Shown here: positions 1 to 11,596 of the stretch, one piece after another
Layout of the letters: each line of letters starts with the position of its first letter
How positions within the stretch are numbered: position 1 is the stretch's first letter
DNA from: Naegleria gruberi
Lineage: Eukaryota
Assembly (NCBI GenBank): GCA_000004985.1
Contig: GG738850.1
DNA: 64,000 bases
Direction: 5' to 3' (one strand)
Notes under the pieces: generated by a model
Told to the model about the DNA's origin: nothing
Databases searched by the model: none
Seen by the model: the letters and a program-made list of their open reading frames with translations, nothing else
Translations under genes and position numbers: made by a program

Positions 1-1236
1 AATGCTACAATACAGTACAGAGCTGACGGGCATTCTCTTGTTTCAATATTTGCAGCATATCCTTCCAACATTTTCACCAAGTGTGGTATGATAATTTGCA
101 ATTTCTATTAATTAATTCATTATTGGTATAATTGATTATTAGTTCATATGAATTAATTAAATACTTACCACTGTGATGGCATTCAGAAATTGAGCATCCT
201 TTTCGATCAAAGGTGTCATCAAATCTGTTAAATTTCTAATAGCAAATTCCTTCATTGTCATGTCAACATCTTTGTTGATGAAAATGTAAGCAAACATGTT
301 AAAGAATGGACCAAACTTGTAATTTGGTAAGGTAACAATCTTATCCATATTTCTCATTGATGAAAGAATTGCAAAGATGGCATACAGTCTCATTGAAAAA
401 CTTTTAGATTCCAATAGAGCATAATCTAATATATTGTTTGGAATATTAAGACCCTTAACTGATTCTCCAATATTTCTACAGCCATAAATAGAATTTCCAA
501 GTAATCTCAATAATTCAGTAACATTATCATCAGATACACTCTCATACAATGCCAAACAGTCCAAAATAATTTTGGTTGGGTGATAATTGTCTCTAATCTT
601 TGCAAAAAGATCATTTTCTGCATAAATATTATTCAATATTCTGCATTCTTCCTTGATAGAAACTTCCTTATCGGTACCTGTCAACTTATTCTTGATAGTA
701 TTGAGTAATGCAGTACTATTCTCAACCACTTGTCCTGCTGAATACTTTTTCCATTCCTTCACAAGTGGTTCATCAAATTCTCTTAATCTAGAATCTCTAG
801 GAGATTCATTTCTAATACCGTCATCCTTCATCTTTCTCTGAGATAGAGCCATCATGCACTGCACCAATAATTCTTGTAATTTTGTCCTTCCTTCTTCGGA
901 ATCAAATTGACAAACTTCCAAAGCAGTCCTACATGTATTTTCCATTTCACTCAATCGATCGTGTTGCAAATGAGCCAAAGCCAATCTCAAATACCCCTTC
1001 CACCATTTTGGTTTTAATTTGGTACACATTTGAGCGTCATCAATTGCTTCCAACTCTCTTCCCAAGCACAAATTAGTAGCCGATCGATTTGAATAATATT
1101 CACCCTTCTTCGGATCAGCTGAAATTGCATTAGAATAGTGTAAGAGTGCTTGATCGTAATTTTGTGAGCGGAAGGCCTTGTTGCCCAACTCTTTTTCTGC
1201 CTCTGCTGTTTCCTTATCTCGTACCATTTTGCACAC
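1..1236 (-). CDS. TPR-repeat protein with C-terminal helical/armadillo-like region (possibly UNC-45/UCS-like); partial, continues beyond window start. Model: exon 169..1236 and exon <1..104, intron 105..168.
   Basis: The N-terminus has three TPR-like units (AEKELGNKAFRSQNYDQALLHYSNAISADP, YYSNRSATNLCLGRELEAIDDAQMCTKLKP, KGYLRLALAHLQHDRLSEMENTC). The ORF 157..1236 runs through a GTAAGT donor at 168; an AG acceptor at 105 continues the frame to the window edge. Confidence 0.55.
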
Positions 1237-1966
1237 AATGGGTGTTTTTTGATTTTTGTGATTTTTTTAATTTGTTACAACGTGCTGCAGAAATGCCTGT
1301 TTTGGAAAGTTACAATTTAATAATAGAATAAAAATGTTGCTTACAATGCAATGTATTCATGATGTGTGAAGACCAAGATGGATGGAGCAAGATCGTGATA
1401 TGGCCGTAGCCATCAATTACATGTGTTTCAATTATTGTAGAGTTCCCTTAATATTTTTCACTCGATATTGATGGAGGTAATTAGCAAAATATGGAATCAA
1501 AGTAGAACACTTTACAGGTGTCTTATAGAATGCAATGGGCAACTCATTGGAGAATGAGAAGTGAACTTAATGATGGTTAAGGAATCATCATCCTCACTTT
1601 TGGAAGCCTCAAATTGATCCTTTGTTACTGCATTTCCTTCCATACACTCGAGTTGAAGGAAGCATCTTTAGCAAAGGCGTTAATAATACAGAAATTGCTG
1701 TTCACTAAGGAATGTAATTCTTGATTCTATGGCAGAGAATGTATTCTCGAATCTCTCTTTAACAATGAAAAACATTAAATCTTCACTCTCATCCACATTA
1801 TCAATAAAAGCCTTAAATTCGGATAAACTTAAAACCTTTCCATCTTGTACTCTCAAACCAATAAATTTCCCTTTAAATATACTCTTTTGGAGCGAATGTC
1901 TTGATTAAATTCCAAATATCTGCCACAGAGGAGTTCTTTAGTTGTGGAAAGGTGAATGGATGTCTT

Positions 1967-2170
1967 TTAATGGAGTGAACATTCAGTAGGGAAGAAATCA
2001 TTTTCAGATTTATCGTCTTCCATGTAAATCGTATAACATTGCGGTTTATACTGTGCTTGCTGAGTTGGTATTAAGACAATTTCTTGGCTTGCTTCATCGA
2101 TGATTTTTTCAATCATATGAGAGGTTTTGAGTTTTCTCTTTTTTCCGAAGGAATCGCTGGGATTAGACAT
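1967..2170 (-). pseudogene. Degenerate/unresolved gene on the minus strand (approx 1500..2170). A 67-aa ORF is followed by in-frame TAA and further ORF pieces in other frames.
   Basis: Coding-like composition with codon periodicity but frequent stops. Pieces: MSNPSDSFGKKRKLKTSHMIEKIIDEASQ..., KTSIHLSTTKELLCGRYLEFNQDIRSKRVYLKGNLLV and GKFIGLRVQDGKVLSLSEFKAFIDNVDESEDLMFFIVKERFENTFSAIESRITFLSEQQFLYY. Confidence 0.25.
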
Positions 2171-2265
2171 TGGTATTTTTTTAAGGTATGTTGTGAACTT
2201 GAGGAATTAACACATATGTATATATTCAATAAATTGATTGTTCTCCATCAGGTTCGTTTTCATGA

Positions 2266-3186
2266 TTATATTCCAAAAGTTCTACAATAACTATTGATAA
2301 TATTAAGGCAATTGTTTGCTTCTTTAACCCATGTATTCGGTTCCTCAATTCTGTAAGTAACTATTCGATAAGGAAGAGCTATTTTGGTGGTATAAATTGG
2401 AATTTCACAATTAATAATTGAGCAAAAATCCAAAATTTGTTGATTTTTCTTCAATTCATCTGGTACATAATCAATAATGTTTGCATCTTGTTTAAGAGCA
2501 CTTATAATAAATTCTCTATCATATCTCAATTCATTACTGGCATATTGAAATGCAGATCTATTTTCTTTAATAGCAGCCATCACAATTTCAGAATTATTTC
2601 TCAATTCATTACTAGCATATTGAAGTGTAGATCCATTGTGTTTGATGGCTGTCAAAACAATTTCAAAATCATTTTCCCATTTTTCAAAGGCATATTGAAA
2701 GTAAGTACTATCTTTTCCAACAATTCTCAATACAAACGATCTATATTGCCACAAATTCAACCATTCAGCCAAACAATTAATTGCATTAATATTCGAAAAA
2801 CAAGAGGGAAATAATTCATGTTCCATGAAAGAAGTAATCAAATCCAAATCTCTAACCACATCAATCCGATTCAAATAATTAACCTCATCATTCAAATTAA
2901 AATCTTTAACCATATCAAACCGCTCAAAATTAGGATACCTATTATTCAAATAATTATCAAGTTGTTGTTTGATCACTTCATAGGTTGATTTTTTCATAAT
3001 CTTTCCTTTTAATAATTCCGAATAATTTAATGGAGTGTCGCCATTGTTTTGATTACCATGAGTAGTAATTATGATTAAATCCGTTAAATGACAATTCGTT
3101 ATTGTTGCTGTGTTTTTTTGTTTCTTATCCCAATAGAGTTGACCACAAGAAACTTTTCTCTTCATTTTTTTGTGTTTTATTGGCAA
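2266..3186 (-). CDS. Hypothetical protein with three tandem DUF4116-like repeats (EIVLTAIKHNGSTLQYASNELRNNSEIVMAAIKENRSAFQYASNELRYDREFIISALKQDANIIDYVPDELK).
   Basis: 306-aa ORF; the repeated ~30-aa motif xIVxxAIKxNxxxLQYASxELRxxxE is typical of DUF4116 repeats. Confidence 0.55.
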   Translation of the reverse strand: MPIKHKKMKRKVSCGQLYWDKKQKNTATITNCHLTDLIIITTHGNQNNGDTPLNYSELLKGKIMKKSTYEVIKQQLDNYLNNRYPNFERFDMVKDFNLNDEVNYLNRIDVVRDLDLITSFMEHELFPSCFSNINAINCLAEWLNLWQYRSFVLRIVGKDSTYFQYAFEKWENDFEIVLTAIKHNGSTLQYASNELRNNSEIVMAAIKENRSAFQYASNELRYDREFIISALKQDANIIDYVPDELKKNQQILDFCSIINCEIPIYTTKIALPYRIVTYRIEEPNTWVKEANNCLNIINSYCRTFGI

Positions 3187-3463
3187 AGAAGAACAAATTA
3201 GTGAATATATGGGTGGAATGAATGGATTTGGCCATCAATTTTTCACTCGATACTGATGGAGGTAGATTTATACACATTGAACGTGTCATGAAATCTGTTA
3301 AATTTCTAGTAATTTCAGTAACATGTAAAGAAGATTCTGAAAGAATTGGCTTATACACTCGATATTGATAAGAGATAAAGTCACTCTTTCCATATTCCAT
3401 GAATTTCTTCTCGTTGAACAATAAACAGTCCAAAAACAGCTCGATGTCAGATGTGGAATACAA
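3125..3463 (-). pseudogene. Fragmentary copy of the 3' end of the TPR gene (RNLTDFMT ... PPSVSSEKLMA), likely a gene-fragment relic.
   Basis: 3287..3310 matches 215..240 (gtcat[c/g]aaatctgttaaatttcta) and 3240..3265 matches 1455..1480 (ttttcactcgata[t/c]tgatggaggta). Confidence 0.35.
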
Positions 3464-3950
3464 ATAAGTAAATTTGAAACACCAATTCGTTGGAATGGAC
3501 TTTATCAGAACTTTTATAGATAATAATGAAAAACACTTGTGAAATCTACAAATTCATTCTCTTTTATTCTATATAGAATCTTTTTTACTTCCTTTTGTGC
3601 AATATAGCATCTTTCATATTGTTGTATGTTATCAATTCGATATATTAATGATGATGATCATCTAATGTTGTATGTTTTTCATCATCCCGATCATAGTGAT
3701 GATTGAAGGCTTACTGTACCATCCATCAGCCATTACCATTATCTACATTGTTTAATTCCATTCAAGAGAAGATCCTTCTTCTCAACAAGTTGTTTATTTC
3801 ATGTTGCTGATTGATGGAACAATTCTTCTTGTTTGTTCTTTTGGATTTCTGGATTGTGATTCGCGCCTTTTTTAGATGGCACGAAAACTACATTTTGCTT
3901 TTGGATCATACAAAAAAAAAGACACAACACACAACACTCTATAGCATAAA

Positions 3951-4649
3951 ATGGACTTGTGGTTCGCTGAAGAAGAAATAGAGAGGGTTGACCAATTGCT
4001 TGAACAATGGGAAGAGGAGATTGGAAATATTGATTACAAGACGATGAGAAGTGAAATGTTGATTGCTTCTTTGAAAAGTGTTGATGATGAAAAGAATGAA
4101 TATATGGAAAGTTGGGAATGCTGTTCTGATTGTTCTGATGATCAATCAAGTGTTTATTCCTATGACTATGAAGAAGAGTGTGATTCACCAATCAGCACTC
4201 TATCTACAAGCTCTTGTTACAGCTTCTTTGATGAGGAACAAGAGGAAGAAGCCTTCGAACAAAGATTCGAATGTTGCAATTTCGTCGGAGGCTTGCTTGG
4301 TGACTTTGAAGTCATCGAACAAGATGAAGATGAAGAAGAATCAGATGCTGATGACACAGCCTCTGAATGTACCATAATTACCTGTAATAACAATAATAAT
4401 AATGAGGAAGAACCTCAATGTATAACAATCCATCAATTGTACATTAGTGAAATAAAACGAAAAGAACAAGTTTTAGAAACAATCTGTTTAATATTCATTT
4501 GCTTTATTAAACTGAACATCAAGCTATGTGTTAACATTAGAATGTTGGTATTGAACAATTCCATAAATGTAAAAAATCAAATCGCTCAAAAAGGTGATTT
4601 TACAACTTTCCAAAACAGGACAGCAGCGCTAAATAATTTTTGGCTATAA
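3951..4649 (+). CDS. Hypothetical highly acidic, Cys-containing protein with poly-N tract.
   Basis: 232-aa ORF, D/E-rich (EEEEAFEQRFECCNF...DEDEEESDADD), NNNNNN tract. The 3' part may not all be coding. Confidence 0.4.
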   Translation: MDLWFAEEEIERVDQLLEQWEEEIGNIDYKTMRSEMLIASLKSVDDEKNEYMESWECCSDCSDDQSSVYSYDYEEECDSPISTLSTSSCYSFFDEEQEEEAFEQRFECCNFVGGLLGDFEVIEQDEDEEESDADDTASECTIITCNNNNNNEEEPQCITIHQLYISEIKRKEQVLETICLIFICFIKLNIKLCVNIRMLVLNNSINVKNQIAQKGDFTTFQNRTAALNNFWL

Positions 4650-4692
4650 ATTACATTAAACTAATTGGAATGATAAAAATCATTTTGGTTTG

Positions 4693-5667
4693 TTAATCAA
4701 AGTCAAAGTCTTCCTCTACATATGTAATTCCATTAACTAGAATACTTCTACAAATGAACTTAATGTATTGTTCAGAATATTGTTCCTTTTCTGGTAGTTT
4801 CTTATTTAGCTCGATGTAATGTTGTTTTTCATATTCAATTTCTCTCCTTCTCTCATTATTACAACCAAAATTAAAGACTTGAGAAAGTATAGTTTCATTT
4901 TCATCAATATTTTCAAATTCATTCAAGCTCAAGGATTCGTATTGTAACTTGGCATCGACTTTACCTTGTTCAATTAGTTTAGAATAGAGTGTCTTGTTGT
5001 TCCTACTCAAGTATTCAACAATTTTGCTCCTGCATGGTTTAAATATTTCACAGTTGGTTATTGTTTCACTTTCTGAAAATGAATAATGTCCCTTAAATGA
5101 AAAGACAATAAAGGTTTCGCCATTTTCGAATAGAACCTTATCCACAACCAAAGTGGCATCACTTTCCTTATGTTGGTACCTTTCTCTTGAAACATCAAGA
5201 ACTATTCCATCACATCTTTCCAATATTTGCCTTAATCTGACAAATTCTTCTCCTGTTTCACGTTTTACTTGCTCGAGAGGAATAACCCTTTTTCTAACTT
5301 GTTCAATTGTTGGTGGGGAAGTAGTGGTGATGAGCTTAATTGAAACCTCTTCATTAGTCTTGTTGTTTGCATCATAATGTTGCACCAGTTTAATCCACCA
5401 ACCTTTTTCCATCAACCTGTATTGTTCATTGTCGTAATCATAGAAAATTTCTCTGTGTGAAGATTTTCCAACCAACACAAAGAAGGGTTTGATCTGATTG
5501 TCGAAATCTTCCTTGCCCATAACAAACGAATATTTAGTTTTCATGTTGGGATCATGTTTTAGAGATCTACCTTGTAACAAATCTCTAGGACAGCCATAAT
5601 AATAAACTTGGTTGGACAAAGGAGATTGATCCATCAATTTCAATAGGTGATCATTAAGCGTCGACAT
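4693..5667 (-). CDS. Hypothetical protein (324 aa), no recognisable domain by eye.
   Basis: Long uninterrupted ORF with coding-like composition. Confidence 0.5.
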   Translation of the reverse strand: MSTLNDHLLKLMDQSPLSNQVYYYGCPRDLLQGRSLKHDPNMKTKYSFVMGKEDFDNQIKPFFVLVGKSSHREIFYDYDNEQYRLMEKGWWIKLVQHYDANNKTNEEVSIKLITTTSPPTIEQVRKRVIPLEQVKRETGEEFVRLRQILERCDGIVLDVSRERYQHKESDATLVVDKVLFENGETFIVFSFKGHYSFSESETITNCEIFKPCRSKIVEYLSRNNKTLYSKLIEQGKVDAKLQYESLSLNEFENIDENETILSQVFNFGCNNERRREIEYEKQHYIELNKKLPEKEQYSEQYIKFICRSILVNGITYVEEDFDFD

Positions 5668-5743
5668 TTTTTTGTGTTGTTTCGGTTATTGGAAAATTCA
5701 CTTCCACCTTGATGTAAAAACTTGTGTATTATTTATTAATGTA

Positions 5744-8003
5744 TTACTTTTTCTGATAGGAAAGAACATTCTTAATATTTTCAATATTACCATCTGTTAT
5801 AGTGGATGGTTTAATTTTGAGTAATTCGGCAATTAAGGAGTGAATATGAATATTTTGTATCATTTCATATGCTTTCACACCTCCTCTCTTCAATTTAGGT
5901 CCAATTCCAGTAAAGAAGGCATACATTTCATCGATATCATTTCTATAGCCATGATCACCTCTTTCATTCCACCAAGCTGAAGAATCCAATCCACTATAAT
6001 ATCCAGGGTCTGATATGAGTAAAATATCAGGAATTCTTTCATTCTTATTATAATGATATTGGGCTGGAATTTCATCTCGTTTGTAAATGGTACAATTCAA
6101 AGAATATCTCTTGACAGTTTCTTGAAGATCAGTATAGAGTTGATTAATGGTATTCCTTTTCAATACTGCATCAGTACTATTGACGAGTACATTCATATCT
6201 ACCAATGTTCCAACTGTATTACTGGTCACTACTGATTTGAAATCAACTCGATTGGTTGGTTGGGTTTCATTGTAATATTTTTCCAACATGGTTCTAATCC
6301 AAACAATTCTATCCGCGCTCAAATTAAGCATTCCATGATCTGAAACTATAAGGAAATTAACTCTCGATTTCATTCCAAGTTCATCAATCTTTTTCATAAT
6401 TCCATCAATGAAACCATCAGTAGTTTTGAGAGCATTATAAAATACAGCACTATCATTAGTGGTGCTATCATCAGTGTCTGGGACACCGTAGTAATGAGCA
6501 GCAGAATCAACCCAACTCACATAGTACATGATGAGAGATGGAGCTCCAGGGACCTTATCCCTCTTCATTTTCAAATATTGTTCAATTTTTCCAAGACGTC
6601 TCTCAAATCCACTTTCCTTAATATAGACAGGTTCGTAAAATGATGGATAAATTCCTTGAATTTTCACGTTACCTCCTGGATAATCATAGGTAGCAGTTGA
6701 AACATTTTGTTTTTCTGCAGTGATCCAAATAGGTTCTCCCTGAGACCACCAGTAAGGATCAGTCAATGTTTGTTTGAACAATTTGTTAGCAAATGGAGCA
6801 TTTCTATCATAGAAGCTATTTGAAACAAGTCCATGATTTTCCACATATTGACCTGTTGCAATACTGTAATGATTAGGGAAGGTCTTTGTTGGAAAGCAAG
6901 GTTGCATTCTACCAACGGTCACTCCCTGCTTTCGGAGCGAGGACAAGGCAGGCATGTATTTTGCAAATTTATCCACAAAGTCATATCTGAAGGCGTCTAT
7001 GGATACAAGAATAACAATTGGTTCAGGTGATGAATCAATCTATTTTTCACAAACATAATTTCATACATAATTGGAAATTTTTACATCGTTATGAAATAAA
7101 TGCACAGTCCAACAATGAAAGGTTCACAACAATTTTCCAAACATTAAAATCATCAATTATTCATTACATGTTTCATTATCAAATTGAAATACGCCAATTA
7201 TTATTATTTAACAAATTCCTTCTCTCACTAACAAAACTTACCAACAAGATGCACAAAATCAACGTTAAGAAAGCAATAGCTCCCATCAATATGAACAGCA
7301 ATGCAAGGGCCACAAACATTGCAAATGGATTACATTGTCTCACTCCCACTATAAAAGTTTGCAACTTTCCTCTCCTCTTATTCTCTTGATGATGATGATG
7401 GTGCTGCTGACGATGTGAAATACTCGATGAGGAATCATCCTCCTGACTCATCCTTGAGTAACGAGCATCAACAGCATTCGATGAGTCCAAGGCTGTTCCA
7501 CCAACCCCCGAATGACTACCCACGAGGTGTAATTCAATGGACATTTTTGAATTCTTTTTTTCTAATGAAGAATTTCCTCTTATTGAGGAAGAAGTAAATC
7601 TTCTTGAAGATGATGACGGAGTGGAAGTGAATGGAGGACAGGAGGGATTGTATTCTTCAGAGTAGTAATTGGAATTGAGGGAAGTTTGGGGTTTGAGACG
7701 AAGAGTTGTTGTTGTTGAGGAATTGTGGTTGTTACTTTGAGAATTGTTGCCTCGGAGAGATGATGAGGAAAGATTAATGGTAAATTCATTATCATCATTA
7801 TCCAATATTATTGAATTATCTATTTCATCATTCCCATTAAATTGATGATGAATTAAATTATTATTTTCCAATAATAATTCATCATCATCTTCATCATCAT
7901 GATCACTTAAATTATTAATTATCGGATCGTAATTTACTCTATCGATTGATGATAATTCTCTTCCTCCACTCCTAATGATGGATTGTAAAAAGTTGATCAT
8001 CAC
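5744..8003 (-). CDS. Ectonucleotide pyrophosphatase/phosphodiesterase (ENPP/NPP family), type II membrane protein. Exon 1 is 7242..8003 (low-complexity cytoplasmic tail plus TM), intron 7040..7241, exon 2 is 5744..7039 (catalytic domain).
   Basis: Exon 2 carries the NPP signature ...VSIDAFRYDF...CFPTKTFPNHYSIATGQY... Exon 1 ends after the TM segment FAMFVALALLFILMGAIAFLTLILCILL, followed immediately by a GTAAGT donor. An ATAG acceptor at 7040 restores the frame IDSSPEPIVILVSIDAFRYDFVDKFAKYMP in phase 0. Confidence 0.75.
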
Positions 8004-8432
8004 GTTGTAGTTTCAATTTAATATAAAAACTTGCTGATTCAGAAGATGGCTTATCAGAAAAGAAGGAAAATTCAATCCAAACCATGCATGGGTAATGAAT
8101 GTAAAAAACAATATCTTGTTTTGTGTTCAGATTGGTAGAGTTTCGAAAGCTTTCACTTTTGGCCTTTTTTTTGATTTGTGAAATTGGATAATCCTTTGGA
8201 TTCTCAAATAAATTCAAGCAACAATGATGAAAAATTGAGATGAATTTCTTAAAGTCCACATTAAATTCATTGTAAACTTGTTAAATTTACATCAAAAAGT
8301 GGTTTTGATAATTCGCCTCCAATTTTTTCAAATTATTTAAAAATTTAAATTTGCAATGTTTGAAAAAAAATTCTAAAAAAAAATAGCAAAAACACTATCA
8401 AAGTAACAAAGCCACTAAGATTACATTAAAGA

Positions 8433-9245
8433 ATGGGATTTTTCGGATTCGGAGCAAAGCCTAAAGTTGAAAATGAAATGTTGGAAAATTTATTTGATAT
8501 TGAAACATTGAATAGAACTTCGTGTTGGTTTATTACTCGTCATTTGTACAAGACAAAGGATAGACAAATGAAGAATTACTATTACTCATGTTTGGATACC
8601 ATGTTTAGGAAATTGGATTTATATCGAACGGATAAGCAAAAGAGTTACAATTGGCAATGTCAAACTTATCCCGATTACTTTATTGTACATTCGAATTTGA
8701 TTGGAAAAAAGACAGTAATTAATCCAGAAACTGGAAAAGAAATGAGTTTGGAGGAAAGATACATTTCGATGGCTGAGTGCCAGACTTGTGAAACATGTCC
8801 AAAGAAAAAACTCAGAAAGGATGTTGTGGACGACAAGCTGAAACCTGCCTTGAGTGGTGCATTTCTCTCAACCTTCCCACAGGAATGGATTAAGGAAATG
8901 AATGATAATTCCAATACCGATAAAGCCTATCTTCCATTGAATAAGAAGGAGGAATTACTGAACTCTTCTTATTGTAACCAATATCGACCAAGTAATCCAA
9001 ACTTTGTGCCCTATGTGCAGAAAAACCCAACAGATTTTTACATTCCAACTAAGGAAAATTTTGAAATGGAGAAACAAGTTTTGAAATATCAATATTGCAT
9101 CAATTCAGTTATGTGTGCCAAGACAATTCAAAAGTGTTTGAATAATTTGAAACAACACTCTGAGAATGGAATTATTGAGAACAAACATCTTTCTCAATGT
9201 ATGACCTTTGATCAAGATACTATTAAATGTATAAATTCAATTTGA
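8433..9245 (+). CDS. Hypothetical protein (270 aa), Cys-containing, no recognised domain.
   Basis: Long ORF; divergent from the ENPP gene with a ~430 bp AT-rich spacer. Confidence 0.5.
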   Translation: MGFFGFGAKPKVENEMLENLFDIETLNRTSCWFITRHLYKTKDRQMKNYYYSCLDTMFRKLDLYRTDKQKSYNWQCQTYPDYFIVHSNLIGKKTVINPETGKEMSLEERYISMAECQTCETCPKKKLRKDVVDDKLKPALSGAFLSTFPQEWIKEMNDNSNTDKAYLPLNKKEELLNSSYCNQYRPSNPNFVPYVQKNPTDFYIPTKENFEMEKQVLKYQYCINSVMCAKTIQKCLNNLKQHSENGIIENKHLSQCMTFDQDTIKCINSI

Positions 9246-9437
9246 TTTTATCTAATTCGAATTATTTGTTACAGTTTTAAAAATCAAATTAATGTCAAAC
9301 ATCTTCCTAGCTCATAATAATAAATTGAATTCTTTTAAGAGAATTAATTTTTTAATATATTTTATATAATTAACTAGGTATTAGATAAAAATTGTGTGAA
9401 TGTGTGTGTTGTCGATTGTTGGTAATAAATTGGTCAT

Positions 9438-10423
9438 TTAGAACTTTCCTCCAAATTTGCCACCTCCTCTAGAAAATCCACCTCTGCCACCTCTATCGCC
9501 ACCGAATCCACCACGGTCGCCACCGAAACCTCCACGGCCACCACCACGACCACCACCGAAACCACCACGGTCACCACCGAATCCACCACGACCACCTCTA
9601 TCTCCACCAAATCCACCACGACCACCACCACGGCCACCTCTATCACCGAAACCACCTCTACCACCACCTCTGGATCCACCACGACCACCGAAACCTCCAC
9701 GGCCTCCTCTTCCACCACGACCACCACCACCGGCCTTCTTTTCCTTTGGCATGAGTCTGTATGTGAATAAGGTCAGAAAAAAATTGAACGATTTACAAAA
9801 ATACTTACGGATTCTTTGGTTCTGGAGGAATGAAACGATCCAATGGTAACAATCTCTTTGTATTCAGATAAGCTTCAGTACCCTTAGCAACGTTTCCTCT
9901 AAAGTTAGCATCCTTTTCCATAGAGAAATACTGTTGTTGTTGTGATTAGTTAAAACGATCAAATTTGAAACATACCACTTGGTTGATTGGTCCCAAAACT
10001 TCCTTCAATTTACCGATTAAGGTCTTATCTTTAGTATATACATTGGAGTTACACAATGGAACGAGCTTTTCACCATCGAGAACAGACTTGAACAAGAATT
10101 CTGTTCCAGCAGGCTTTTCAAATTGACCAGCAACTGTATTTCCACAACCAATAACAATTTACACATTTTGAAACATTTCACAAAATAATTTCATCAACAT
10201 CAACAATAAATTTGAACACATTTTCAAAGATTTGATACTAACACTTAATTTCTTCTGGTGGGAATTCTTCACCTCCTCTTCCACCGGAGCCACCAAATCC
10301 ACCTCTACCACCACCACGACCGCCTCCACGGCCACCACCTCTACCACCAAATCCACCTCTACCACCTCTATCACCACCAAATCCACCACGACCACCTCCA
10401 CGAGAACCTCCTCTGAATGACAT
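9438..10423 (-). CDS. GAR1: H/ACA snoRNP subunit GAR1, 4 exons: 10243..10423, 9976..10133, 9809..9930, 9438..9756.
   Basis: Gly/Arg-rich (GAR) domains at both ends (MSFRGGSRGGGRGGFGG... and ...KKAGGGGRGGRGGRGGFGGRGG...GGGKFGGKF). The central domain FEKPAGTEFLFKSVLDGEKLVPLCNSNVYTKDKTLIGKLKEVLGPINQVYFSMEKDANFRGNVAKGTEAYLNTKRLLPLDRFIPPEPKNP matches the GAR1 core. Donors are GTTAGT, GTATGT and GTAAGT, with CAG acceptors and phases consistent. Confidence 0.8.
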
Positions 10424-10927
10424 TTTTTATATTTTTTTTGAAAACGAAAAATGAGAAATTTTTTCTCAAAGAACAAGCAATTTTTTGCTTCAAGAAGAAT
10501 TTTGAGAAAAATTTAAAGAAGGCTTTGATTCAAGAAAACATCACATCAATATTATTATTATCATGAAGAATAATAGACAACGTATTGGAGAGTAGGTTTT
10601 TTTTTCAAAGTGAATCATCGGATGATGATGAATTATTGATGATGATTTGATGATAATTTTGATGATGAAATTTGTTGTTGTTGATGTGGTGATGATGAAA
10701 TTATTCAGATCGAATATTAATTGGGTGGAAGCTGCTTTGGGAATTGGTAAGAATAGAAGAAAGGTTTGTTATTTCATCTATTTTATCTCTAATCTTTTCT
10801 TTAATAATATATTAAATAATAATATTTAATTATTAAATATAATATAACAATGAGAGGATAGACTGTCGGATTTGGAGCCTACAATAAGAAAACAAAAGAA
10901 TATGAGGATGAATTCTACATTCGTGAA

Positions 10928-11596
10928 ATGTCCATCATTGATGCAGGTATTGGATGTGCCTTGTGGGATGCAGCCATCATCATGACTCGATACATTTATG
11001 AATTTGGAGATTTGATATTCAAGGATCGTAAAGTAATGGAATTGGGAGCTGGTGTTGCATTGTGTGGAGTTTGTGCAGCTCGTTTTGCATCCACTTGTTA
11101 TATTACTGATTTGCCTCACTTGATGGATAATATGAAATTCAATTTGAAGGCCAATTCTGATTTTGACGAAACTGATGAGAATACCAAATGTAAAACTGAG
11201 AAAATTAAGGAACAAAAGGAAAATATGCAAAAAAGTGGAAAAGTTGTAGAGCTTGATTGGTACAAGATTTATAATGAAATTCCAAAAGCTATGGAACAAA
11301 TTGCTAGAGGTGAAACACCAATTTTGGAAGTACCAGACAAGTGTGAAATTATTATTGGAAGTGAATTGACCTATACAGGAGATGAAAAGACAGTAGAGGC
11401 ATTGATGAAAGTTATTGATACATTTATGGATGAGAAGGGAGTCTTTTTGGAAATTTTGAGTGATGATCGTGATGGTGTTTCATATTTTGTGGATCAAATT
11501 ACAAACCCTGAACGATACAATTATGTAATCAAGGTTTTCAAAGTTCATAGTAGATATATGGGTAATTTTGGAACTGGTCAAAGAGATGAAACATAG
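10928..11596 (+). CDS. Protein-lysine N-methyltransferase, METTL21/FAM86 (Methyltransf_16) family. An N-terminal exon probably exists upstream but is unresolved.
   Basis: REMSIIDAGIGCALWDAAIIMTRYI...VMELGAGVALCGVCAA...ITDLP matches the VWDAA...LELGAG(T)G motifs of this family. In-frame sequence continues upstream to a TAG at 10859 without an ATG. Confidence 0.65.
   Translation: MSIIDAGIGCALWDAAIIMTRYIYEFGDLIFKDRKVMELGAGVALCGVCAARFASTCYITDLPHLMDNMKFNLKANSDFDETDENTKCKTEKIKEQKENMQKSGKVVELDWYKIYNEIPKAMEQIARGETPILEVPDKCEIIIGSELTYTGDEKTVEALMKVIDTFMDEKGVFLEILSDDRDGVSYFVDQITNPERYNYVIKVFKVHSRYMGNFGTGQRDET

Noticed and set aside
7018-7389. ORF 7018..7389 (+), 123 aa
   Set aside because: It lies antisense within the ENPP intron and exon-1 end. 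It is AT-rich, low-complexity, and has no domain.
9434-10476. Val-rich, Pro-rich and Thr-rich ORFs (9434..9730 -, 9457..9849 +, 10159..10476 -, 10232..10420 +)
   Set aside because: These are alternative-frame or antisense readings of the GGN/CGN codon repeats that encode the GAR domains of GAR1.
10647-10829. ORF 10647..10829 as exon 1 of the methyltransferase
   Set aside because: The donor phase (1) cannot be matched to any AG acceptor upstream of the conserved domain without invoking A-rich non-canonical acceptors. The peptide is low-complexity (MMIILMMKFVVVD...).
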